Source of the DNA: Octopus sinensis
Taxonomy: Eukaryota
Assembly: GCF_006345805.1 (NCBI RefSeq)
Contig: NC_043004.1
Coordinates: 25,668,001-25,732,000, forward strand
Length of the DNA stretch: 64,000 bases
Direction: 5' to 3'
Positions 38,621 to 50,184 of the stretch are shown one piece after another (position 1 is the first letter of the stretch; each line of letters opens with the position of its first letter). The notes below the pieces were generated by a model that made no database searches, was not told the origin of the DNA, and saw only the letters and a program-made list of their open reading frames with translations. Position numbers and translations under genes: made by a program.

Positions 38621-39297
38621 TGTAATCTTTATGCTCTTCAATGCTGTTGACTGTTCAGCAACACATCAAGCTGTTCCGGAAAAAAAGGAGACGTAAAAAA
38701 AAAAATCATCGAATTTAGCCTGAACACCTTGTGTATCATAGGCATTTTATGCTTTTCTATGACTGCATGAGAGGAACAATCCTTCTCCAGAGTAGAATCT
38801 TGCCACTCGTTGCAGTTTCCAGCCATTTTCTTTAGTCGGGCTGGCATCCCAAAATCAGCCTTCACTATTTCTTCTTCATCTACAGGCCCCTTCCACTTGG
38901 ATTAACTGTCTTCATCTTCTATATACACCACACATTTTCATCTTGTACCTTACAACTGCTACCTTCCATAAACATTGTTTTCAACTCATCTGTATGCCAT
39001 CATTGCACACATCAACGTTCTTTTGTACTTCAAGCACAAGGCCTGAAATTTTGGGGGAGGGGGGTAGTCGATTAAATCAACTCCAGTATGAAACTGGTAC
39101 TTAATTTATCGACCCCAAAAGGATGAAAGGCAAAGATGACTTTGGCTGAATTTGAACTCAGAATGTTAAGACAGACGAAATACCACTAAGCATTTCGCCC
39201 AGTGTGCTAACATTTGTGCCAGCTCACCACCTTGCACACGCTAGTGGCTGATGCTCAGGAGCAACAAACACTGAACATGTGCAGAGAACAACTTCCG

Positions 39298-40511
39298 ACA
39301 CATTCCAGGGAGAAAAACTAGAAGTAGTTGATAGCTTCCGTTACCTAGGTGACCAAGTCAGTAGCGGGTGTAGCTGCTAGAATAAGAATAGTCTGAAAGT
39401 GTAGCTGCTAGAATAAGAATAGTCTGGGCAAAGTTCAGAGAGATCTTACCTCTGCAGGTGACAAAGGGCCTCTCGCTCAGAGTAAAAGGTAGATTGTATG
39501 ACGCATATGTACAAACAGCCATGCTACATGGCAGTGAAACATGGGCTGTGACTGCTGTGGACATGCGTAAGCTTGCAAGGAATGAAGCCAGTATGCTCCG
39601 ATGGATGTGTAATGTCAGTGTGCATACTCGACAGAGTGTTACTACCTTGAGAGAAAAGTTGGACCTAAGAAGCATCAGATGTGTGCAAGAGAGATGACTG
39701 CGCTAGTTTGGCCATGTGGCGAGAATGGATGTTTATAGCTATGTGAAAAAGTGCCACACCCTAGCAGTTGAGGGAACCTGTGGAAGAGGTAGACCCAGGA
39801 AGACCTGGGATGAGATGGTAAAGCATGACCTTCAAACATTGGGACTCACCGAGGCAAATGACTAGTGACCGGGACCTTTGGAAATATGCTGCGCTTGAGA
39901 AGACTCGGCAAACTCAAGTGAGACCATAACCTTGTGGCCTATGCCAGGGGTGAAACCAGCCTACTTATGCATACCTTTCCTTCATTTGGACACTGAACTC
40001 TGCTTGCGAAGACCTGTCGAAGCAAGTGAAATCAAAACCAAATTCGATGACTGGCATCCATGCTAGTGGGGCGCTAAGAGTACCATACGAGCATGATCGC
40101 TGCCAGAGCAACAAGCTGGCTTCCGTGCCGGTGGCACGTAAAAAGCACCATTCAAGCGTGATCGTTACTTGAGTCGCCTTACTGGCACTTGTGCTGGTGG
40201 CAGGCGAAAAAATATTCGAGCGAGGTCGTTGCCAGTGCCACTGGACTAGCTCCTGTGCAGGTGGCACATAAAAAGCCCAAATTGAGCATGGCCACTGCCA
40301 GTACCGCCTGACTGGCCTTCGTGCCAGTGGCATGTAAAAGCACCTACTACACTCTCGGTGTGTTTGGCGTTAGGAATGGCATCCAGCTGTAGAAACTCTG
40401 CCTGATCAGATTAGAGTCTGGTGCAGCCATCTGGTCCGCCAGACCTTAGTCAAATCGTCCAACCCATGCTAGCATGGAAAGCGGACGTTAATCGATGATG
40501 ATGATGATGAT
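39298..40511 (+). mobile_element. RTE LINE 3' portion with full 3' UTR and (GAT)n tail
   Basis: Reads QGEKLEVVDSFRYLGDQVSSG...KGRLYDAYVQTAMLHGSETWAV and ends ccaacccatgctagcatggaaagcggacgttaatcgatgatgatgatgatgat. Confidence 0.9.
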
Positions 40512-41879
40512 CCAGCAGGGCATGTTTGCCTCGTTTCTACCCAACCTTTACCCATTCATTGCTACCCTGCAATATCACACATTATACAAAAGATCACACA
40601 AATTGCTTTGCCCTTGATGAAAGTATTTCTTGTGAACAAAAGTCACTACATATGTTCCACTAGTTTCAATTGATTTCATCATACCCACCTCCATCTAAGT
40701 GACAGAAGCTGCCACTACTAGCATTTAATAGAATTAAAATGAACTCTTACAGCTAACTACCTCTGTACATCTGTCTAAACAATGTTTTCCTTTGTAGTCT
40801 CTGTCAGCTCACTGCACTGGGTATACCATGCACAATTCCTAACTAGTTTTTTCTCCTTATGCATATATACATTTTACTATTTAAGCTCACATAATTATTC
40901 AGATACTACAATGTGGTGTTTATCCAAACATACTTAGACACATACACATACTATATAAACGTGTGTGCATGTAAGAAAAGAGAACTCAATACACGTTGGC
41001 ATGCTTATATGAGGGTTAAAACTTTGTTATATTGAATTAACGATATTGTAAATTTTATTTTTGTAGTAACGAACATTTATGTACAGACGTGTAGATTATA
41101 CACACATACACACGTGCGCGCACAAAATATCTGATGCAACAACGCAACGACAGAAAACAAGTGGTCGCGCTACACGCTAGAAACAGCAGCCAAATCCTTT
41201 CAAATCACTCACATTCAACTGTCTCAAAATCAAAAAGAACGTTGACACTCTTTCGATTCGCCAGAACATTTTTTTTAAATGATTTTTATCCGGAGGAAGA
41301 GACTGCGTCTACGGCCTGCGCAGATGCTCCATAAAATCGCGGAGAGTGATATGAGGGATATTTTGCCTGTTATGTAAGGTAGATGAAATCAACATGTCAA
41401 GTAGTTCGCGTTACCGGCATCAGTTTAAAATGTCTATTATATCCTCTGATAGTGGGAGTGACTTTAATTTCTGCACAAATACTCTAAGGTATAGAAAAAA
41501 AAAAAGTAATACCGTTAAAAGAAAACGATTATTACTGAAGTAATCGATGATGCCGGTTGAGCAGATAGTTTAATCAAATGACGGAAATATCGAAAAGATG
41601 TAAGCATAAAGAGGAGGAATAAAGGAATATTTGTCGGGTAGAAAATAGTAGAGGTAAACCCTAGTTTTTGATAAAAACGATATATCTCATGTAATATATT
41701 CTTAACACGAAATGAATTAATATTTACCACAATATATAGAAAAGATGTGTTCAGTGTCAATGTTATTTTATCATTATTATTATTATTATTTTTTTTTTTT
41801 TTGGTATTTGTGTCATTCAACCTGAGAAACTTCTGAAAAACCAACGATCTTGTTAAATATTAACATAATGTTTTTTTTA

Positions 41880-43524
41880 TAGTAAAAATGAGCAATAACT
41901 TCTCAACTGCATAGTGAGTAAATAGACCACGAAGTGGACAATCCAGCAGATCGTGAAGAAGGTAATATTTTACGTTGATTTTTTTTCTTTTAGTCGAGTT
42001 TCCTTAATTTCAAATCATGTGCCATTTTCCCCTGAGCCTTTTTCATTTGACCGAGATATCTTCCCCCACCCCACACCCGCATTTCTGATCTTTCCGATGT
42101 CTAGGGATGGACATCGACGTGTAATGAGTCTGTTTTCTGGAGAACTGAAACGGCAAATTTACATTATCTTGTCTTACTCATATTCCTTCATGCTCAAAGA
42201 GAAAGGGCGATCATTTTTCTGAAATAGGGATCAGATTATGTTATAATGCTTTTAATGTATGGGAAGGCCTTTTGCTTGGCTGATATAGTTTTCGAAAAGT
42301 AGTGAACATCTCTAAGAAATATATATTTTGTCCCAAAGTCAAAAACATCTCATTTTGCTGCACACAGACCTATTTTTTTTTTTTATTGAAGTTCCCTACA
42401 AATACCTTTCAGAGTGTGTAGATTACAATTCTATCGGAATTTAATATGAAAAAAAAAAAAAAAAAATATGGTGGACTCGTACACATACTCAACATGCATC
42501 ACAATTTTTTTTTCTAAATTTCAAGTTGTATTTTGTAGATATGCGATGTGTCAGAATGCATGCGTACGAGACAACTAATTTTTTTTTTTTTTTTTTCGTA
42601 ATTTAATTCCGATATAATCGTAATTTAAACACTCTAAAAGTAAAAGGTATTTGCAGAAAACTTCATTAAAATATGAGCCGTCTTTCTGAAAGTTATGAGG
42701 AAACAAAACCGACTCGTGTAAAATTTTCCGAAACTCCTCACCCCACACCCGGAAAAATCTTTCACTACAAATTCTGATATAATTGCAATCTACATCATTT
42801 GAAGCGTATTTATGGTTAATATAAAGATCACCCGTGAACAAAAAAATTGCACTAACGACCCTGGGGGTTGGGGGAGGACTTTCAGAAGATTCACAAGATC
42901 CGATCTTTGCAGAAAGGTGAGTAGATTGATTATATTATGTTATCGCAGTTTTGTGAGATTTGGCTGTTATTTCTAGCATGTGGATAGCCTGCTTGAAGGT
43001 CTGGGGGTAATATACATTTTTTTTTCTTGAAAAATTTAAACTTTACAAACAAATTTTTTTCAGAATCGTAATCTTCGTATTTTTCTACGTAAAAAAAAAA
43101 AAAATTCCGGAAAGAATGAAAAATGAAGAGAGGTGGGGAGGAATTGAAATTTAAAAAATTTTTCTTTTCAGAATCGGATTCACCGATTCTGAACGTGGGA
43201 TTCCGTAAAAAAAAAAATCAATATATATCCATTTTACCGAAAAATTTTACGGAAAAATCGGATCTTGTGAATTTTCCGAAAGTCCTCTCCCCGCCAACCC
43301 ACAATTTTTTTTTGTTTTTTTTTCATATTCGTATTCTATATAGTTAACACCCAGTAGGCTGGGTCTTTTTTTTGGTTCACGGGTGAAGATCATTATATTA
43401 ACCACCGACACTTGTATAAGAATGGCGTTAATTTGTTAACTGAACTATTTATTACTCGATATCTTTTTGTGTGGATATATATATATTCTGGTTGTTCATG
43501 AATATGAATTCTACATAACAGAAT

Positions 43525-43559
<35 letters not shown>

Positions 43560-44490
43560 CGTACACACAGGGAGAGAGGTGAGGGTTAGTAACCGGGGCA
43601 AAATAAGTAACCTCTGATTTCTCGATATTCTCTCCTTGCCTGTTTGAAATCATAACATTGCAAGTATTGTATAATCATTTCGTACTGTATCAGCATCTAA
43701 GGAGTGAAAATTCGTCAACATAGTTGTTGCTGTTGAAGTTAAGAGTCTGAAACATAGGTGGCAGATCCTCTTTTTTTTTTCAAGAAATTTTTCTTCAACT
43801 TTGACCCGATTGTAATTGAGGTTGCTAATAAAATATCTGGATAATTTTTGGTGTTTAACAATCAATATTCTTTTCTCTGTTGGATTCCAAATCAAATTTT
43901 CCCCCAACACTAATGTCTAATTTGATCATTTTCAGATTTTAAAAATATGTCTAAAATGGGGTAAAATGAGTAATATCTAATTTCAATAATTTCTCTTTAA
44001 CTGCATTAATGACTAAATAGATCACGAAGAGGACACTCCAGCAGATCGTGAAGAAGTTATAGATAATATCTTATCAGTTTTTTTCTTTAGTCGAGTTTCG
44101 TTAATTTCATATCATGTGCTATTTTCCCCTGATCCTCTTTCATCTGACCTAGATATTTAATTTTTTTTTTTTTTTTTGTATTTCTCTTCTTTCTGATGTC
44201 TAGGAATAGATACTGATGTGAGTGTTTTCTAGAGAACTGAAGCGGCAAATTTACCTTGTGTTAGCTTACTTTGCTCCAGCCAACTTTGTCTTGTATATAT
44301 ATATATGCTCAAAGAGAACGGCGATAATTTTCTGAAAAAGTTTATCAGATTGTTATTATGCTTTTAATGCATTTAAAGAAAATCATTTGCTTAACTGATA
44401 TAGATTTTGTAAGGTAGTGAACATTTGCAAAAAAAAAAAAACCAAAATATTGTCTCGAAGTAAAAAATGCAGTAAAAATACCTCATTTTG
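41880..44490. repeat. Direct ~480-bp duplication (41880-42360 and 43960-44490) bracketing an inverted-repeat core (42810-42905 versus 43255-43405)
   Basis: Both direct copies read aaatagaccacgaag.ggaca.tccagcagatcgtgaagaag...ctcattttgc. Inverted pairs: atcacccgtgaac/gttcacgggtga and ggactttcagaagattcacaagatccgat/atcggatcttgtgaattttccgaaagtcc. Confidence 0.75.
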
Positions 44491-44499
44491 CCCCACCCA

Positions 44500-44535
<36 letters not shown>

Positions 44536-44774
44536 GAGAGAGAGAGAGAGTGAGAGACAGACAGACAGACAGAGAAGGAAATGGAATTCTAGTAAAAGGT
44601 AATTGATTGTGTTTATATATATCGTAATTAATAGGGAACATGAATATATAATTTTCATAAACATATACATTCAAATGAGTCTAGTGGGCCGCTCCTTGTT
44701 GGCCATGGAAGAAACTGTGGACATGATAACGGTGTTATTAGTTGGTGAGGGAGAAAACGAGTGAAAATGCTTAC

Positions 44775-44946
44775 CGTAAGCAGTGCCGTGTAGATCATAT
44801 TGGTGCATCCTGTAGACAGCGAACTCATGTGCTGCCCGGGCTGGAATCACAGGCGACATGAGGATCAATAGAGGTACAAAACAGATAAAAGTCATCGGAA
44901 AATTGTTCCGAAACATTTCAAAAACTTCCCCTGCCTCGTCGAACAT
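44775..44946 (-). CDS. NCLN: Nicalin coding exon 1 (ATG, N-terminal hydrophobic signal segment)
   Basis: Encodes MFDEAGEVFEMFRNNFPMTFICFVPLLILMSPVIPARAAHEFAVYRMHQYDLHGTAY, matching the nicalin N-terminus (human, from memory: MLEEAGEV...AAHEFTVYRMQQYDLQGQPYG). 172 nt, phase-1 donor G|GTAAGC. Confidence 0.95.
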
Positions 44947-44949
44947 ATT

Positions 44950-46150
44950 TCTTGTATGTAAATATCCGCTGAAGTTTAACTGAAAGTTATTTTTTAAATT
45001 AAAAAAAAACACAAACTTTGTTTTTTTTAAAGTAAATAAAGAATTAGTTTTTTTAGGATGAGAAACGGTTTAAGGGGACAGTTTCGAACAGCCAGCAACT
45101 TCCTTCGCAATAAACAGACAACAACGGTTATATAACTTGTTTAGAATACATCTTGGTTTTTGCATGGATAAATATTTGTAAATGACGACTAGAACAGTGT
45201 TGAGCTGGACTTGAAATAAGACGACATGAAGCAACAACAGCAGACAGTCAACCGGTGGAGGAAATCCTTCTCACATGGAACTGAATTGCAAACGAGGCTT
45301 TCGGGGGAGAATTTATGTTACAGCTTTTTATTTGACGATGTTTCAGCGATTTTAAAACTAATATCAAGCATAAACTATATTTTAGAGAATTTGAAATAAC
45401 TTATTTTAAAATATGCTATATCATTTTCTATAAAGTATACGCAAAAATCCATATTTTGAAATAATTAACAAAACACGTATTATTTATGAAAATAATTGCT
45501 CCCACATTGACTTCAGCAACGTAAGGTCACACAGCTAATAGTGCAAAGGTTTTAACAAATAATATCATTGTTCATGTGTGGACAACATTGTGTTTATCCT
45601 GTCAGCTCTTTGATATATGATACTAGCAGATAATATAACTGGAACATTGGTAATATATATTTCTAGGGGAAAATTAATCGTGGGTGTCGGGAGAAGCTAA
45701 ATTAGATTTGAAGGGTGCCACAGTTAAAAAAAAAAAGTTTTAAAAAACAGTTATCTAGTGTTAAATATTATTCAGCTGCAATAATAATTGTAGTGGTAAA
45801 TTCTTAGGTTGTTATTTGGGACAGCTTAGACACTGAGAAATTTGATAACTGATATGAAACAGTTTTATAATGCAAATATATTCGTTCAATAGAAAAAGAA
45901 CGCAATTTACGAAAGTAAACAGTAAGGGAACGGCTAGAAATGGAATAACAAATCCAAGACATGCACATTCCTGCAAAACATCAACCCAGGAGATACACTA
46001 CAGTACTTCTTAAAAAATTTTGGGACAACATAAATACGGAATTATTGCGGTTGATTGAGAGGTTGAGGTAGGGTAAAGTGACGAAGAGAGATATAAATTG
46101 TAACCTGTGGTGAGGTGGGAACTACTAACTATTTGATTGGTTGGCCATAG
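44950..46150. promoter_or_regulatory. Probable NCLN promoter / 5' UTR region
   Basis: Lies immediately upstream of the start codon, is repeat-poor and relatively CpG-rich. The TSS cannot be located from sequence alone. Confidence 0.5.
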
Positions 46151-46597
46151 TTCTCTATCACCTGTGTTTTGCACTTTTAAGACATGGGTGTGTGTGTTTA
46201 AGAAATTCCCTTTGCAACCACATGGCCTCAGGTTCAGCTCTTTGGACAGGTGCTATAAACCCCAGACCAGCCAAAGATTTTGTGAATGGATTCGGCTGAT
46301 GGAAACTAAAAGAAGACTGTTGTACATACGTATGTATGCGTGTGCGTGCGTTTGTCTGCATTTGCATTTCTCAAAAGTCGTTAATGTACCAGCGTTCGTT
46401 AATTTTGTACCTTGGAAGCTATGTGGAATAAGAGATACGTGAAAACAGATAAGTGTTAGAAAATGGAAGGACATAGCTGTAAAATAATGCCCCAGTAATA
46501 TATTTGTTTAATCTATGCTACCATGGAAAAATGGTCGTAAAAACGAACAAATTTTATTTTAAATAGATATTGCAAGAACAATCAATCTGGGACTCTT

Positions 46598-47455
46598 AAT
46601 AATAATAAAACATTGTGTACAGTGCTCAGGTGCACTACAACTCATCTAAAATGTATATATAATCAGGTGTAGTTTCGGCGGATTTCGGAAAGCATGAGGG
46701 CCTTAAAGGATGCAGTGTCATGGCAGTCAACAACTGACGCAGGCAGTTTATTCCATGCTTCAGCAACTCTGAGCGTGAAAAAATGTTTCCGAAAGTCATT
46801 GGAGCTGTGTTGTTTTCTGACTTTGTAGGCATGTCCACGTGTGTTAGACACATGGAGATCAAAAAGGTGTTCAGTGTTGTTGTTGGTGAAGTGGTTGATA
46901 ACTTTGTAGGTGTTTACCAAGTCCGTCGCCAGACGCCGAAGCTTCAGTGAACCCATACCCAGGGAAACAAGGCGCTCAGAATATGGTGGGTGTCTGATGG
47001 AGGGTATGCGTTTGGTTGCACGTCTCTGGACAGATTCCAGGAGGTCAATGTTCTGAGCAAGATAGGGGTTCCAAACTGATGATGCGAATTCCAAGTGTGG
47101 TTGTACCATAGCTGTATACAGTTTTAAATAGATGGCTGGAGAGCGGCTAACAAAAGTCTTGCTGAGTGATGCCAAGACACTCTCGACCTTCTTGACAATT
47201 TTAGAGATATGCTTTGTCCAACGCAAATCACTGCTGACAGTGATGCCTAGGTCACGCTTGCAAGAGGATTTCTTGATATCAGTGTTGTGGAGGGAGTATG
47301 TGGACGCAGGGTTTTTTCTCCCAAAATACATGGTGGTACACTTGTCCACAGCCAGTTTCAGTTGCCAGTCTGTGATCCATTGCTGCATTATGTCCAGGTC
47401 TGATTGCAGGAAAGAGCTGTAGACAACAGGATCTGTCCTCTTGTTTTCAAATAGT
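46598..47455 (-). mobile_element. 5'-truncated CR1-like LINE RT C-terminus with (TTA)n tail
   Basis: ORF 46663-47388 reads KRDLGITVSSDLRW, LYTAMVQPHLEFASSVWNPY, LESVQRRATK, YSERL, TRGH and WNKLP. Confidence 0.88.
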
Positions 47456-48349
47456 GAAGAATTTCATTGCAAATAAGTTGATACTTACAGGATGTGTTTC
47501 TAAAAATGCTGAAATAAAATTTAAAACATCTCCAACATACAAAACATAACCAGCATTTGAAGTTATACCTTATAACAGATATTGTGATATTAATCCAACT
47601 CAGTTCTCTATTTTTAATTCAAATATATTGTACTTTCCAGACAAATTCCAGCCATACTGGATTAATGATGCCATTTGGTCCTGAGTCAGGATGTGGGACT
47701 GTGACCATTAGATGTTTGATTATTCAGAAAGTAAAAGAAAAACTTGTGAATGGTCTGAAATATGTACAAGGGTTCAGTAAGTAGGGATGGCTGTGTAGTA
47801 AATCATTTCTAATGATTCTGTGATTAAACTATTACTTTTAAGGTGACCTGTCCCTTCTTTCACTGATACCATCATTTCATCTACAAAACTCATGGTTTCC
47901 ATCGTCCTATTAACTTTTCTTAAGATTGTTTGCAGTATTGCTTGCCATTATCTTTGGCACTATGTGGTTTTGGGCTCAATTTCACTGTATGACACATTGG
48001 GTAAGTATCTTCAGACATAGCCTTGAGTCAAACAAAGATTGTGTTTGGAATTTGTAGAAAATTTTGAAGCCTGTTAGAAGTGTTTATGTTTTTAGATTGG
48101 TAGGCTTAACACATCACCCAGTTTGACACCATGACTTGGCAAGTTTTCAAACCAGAGACCTGTAACTTTCTTTAGTTTCAGAAACCCTGGAAAGGTTCAT
48201 GAACATAACTTTTACTGTACAGCTCCTTGGGCAGGTGCTATGACCCCAGACCAGCCAAAGATTTTGTGAATGGATTCAGTTGATGGAAACTAAAATAAAT
48301 GAAAAGTCATCATGACTTTTGATTTATTGTGCATCTTGGCATAGATTGG

Positions 48350-48940
48350 TACTGGTTGCACTTTCTCCTTACCTTCTAGATGGCTTTCCGTGTGATATTG
48401 AAGTTAACCTGGCCAGGAACAAGGTTCTGTCCCCTTCCTGTATGTGATGCATGCGCTATGTAATTCCTTCAGGTCCTTGTCATGCAAAATGCACACAGCA
48501 GCAATCTCTCTCTCTAAATTCTCCAACACATTTAGCCATGTCTTTCTTACTCTAGATAAAATGTCTACCTTGTTTTTCTCTGGGAGCACCAAACTTACTC
48601 TCAGTTGTAAGTCAAACTCATCAATCTGTTCCCTTAGAATCCTCAAACAATGCTTAATGAGCATTTTTATGTTCAGTTCACCCTCTTTTCCATTATCATA
48701 GATTGGACACCAACAAAACTGTAGCTGAATCAGTCTTGACTTTAATGTCTCACAAACCAAACATCAGAGCTAAATTGAAACTCTTCATCAATGCTTCTAG
48801 TTCATCTATATTGATATGCATAGCATTGCTTGCCCTTGTTAGCCAAGCTGTATCATCCACTTTGACACACTCATCTCCAAAACAGCATCCATCACTATGT
48901 TGCTTGCATCATGTCATATCATCCTTTTCCTGCTTCTAGC
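48350..48940 (-). mobile_element. LTR-retrotransposon (Gypsy-like) RNase H relic
   Basis: Across frameshifts: DASNIV, DDTAWL..HINIDELEALMKSFNLAL.., KTDSATV, MLIKHCLRILRE and LVLPEKNKVDILSRV. Confidence 0.6.
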
Positions 48941-50184
48941 ATGCACCAACTACACCTCCAATACTGTGCCCCCTCTACAAAACCTTATAACATATTGATC
49001 ATGCCCCAACCTACTCTAATCTTCTATTATAGTTACATATATGAAGCACTGTCCAGTTAAGTTTCTGCTTACTTAACCCATCATTCACCTACAGGATCAT
49101 GTTCTCTCTCAACAAGATAAATTCTCCCATTTTGTTCTAAATCACAACACTGGCCTGGTACTTCTTATGATTCTGTGATTAAACTGTGGTTCTTGAGGTG
49201 ACCTGTCTCCTCATTCACTGACAATCATTTCATCAAGCAGAATGACATCAATATTAAAACTAATAGCTTCTCCACTTCATCTTTCTTAAGATTATCTGTA
49301 AGAATGTTGTCATTATCTTTGGCACATGATGCAGCCTAAAGTCTGCTCTGGTCAGGCAGTAAACTTTACCTTTGTAGCCTACCAGTTGTTATTTCTACAA
49401 CATTTTAGCCACATGGAACAGTAGCTGATTTATGTTGACAACCGTAGCTGCCTCCATCCTCTCTCTCTATGTTTGCATGGTCCCAGTGGGTTACATCACT
49501 ACCTGTGTGACATGTTATGTAACAGTTCAACTCCATAAAGTTCAACAATTGTCTACCATCAATAGCAAAACTTCAATTTTCATTTTTCCTCTTCAATGTA
49601 TACCCCACTTAACAATCTTGTCATCTCATTTTGAAACTCAGCATTTACTCCATCCATGAACATATTCTCATAGGAACTCCTCACATTTTTTAATGCTGAA
49701 AGTTCTCCATTTCATGGTTCATATCTTAACATTAAATTCTATATGGAAGTCCTTTTATGCTTCGCTTTGCTTTTTGTTACCCCTGGGGTCTCCATTTATT
49801 GTCTATGTATTCACTGCACTGTCCATTCCAAACTCCCTTCCACCACCTAATTATTTTCATTCTGATCATTGTGCCATCTTCAGCAATGTAATCCACCACA
49901 ATTTACTTGCTGTTCCAGCTGTGCCTCAGCTATCATTAGTTCTACATAGTTTGTATTTCTACAACTGATCACTATTACCTCTCTCTCCTCAGCCCACAAG
50001 AGATTAATATAGTACTACAGTCAGCAAAATTGAAAGCCATCTCACTCCTACCAGCTATCACTGATATTGTTGGCAACATGTATTGGAGTACCTTTACTGT
50101 GTAGAAGGGGTAGCATCAACTTCCCTTTGCTCATTTCATCTGATTGCAGTATTTTTTTACTAGGGGCCTGCGAGACTGCAATTA

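Noticed and set aside
44947-45012. 22-codon N-terminal extension of nicalin shown in the ORF track
   Set aside because: It has no ATG and homology begins at 44946. The stretch may instead be 5' UTR or a UTR-intron acceptor.
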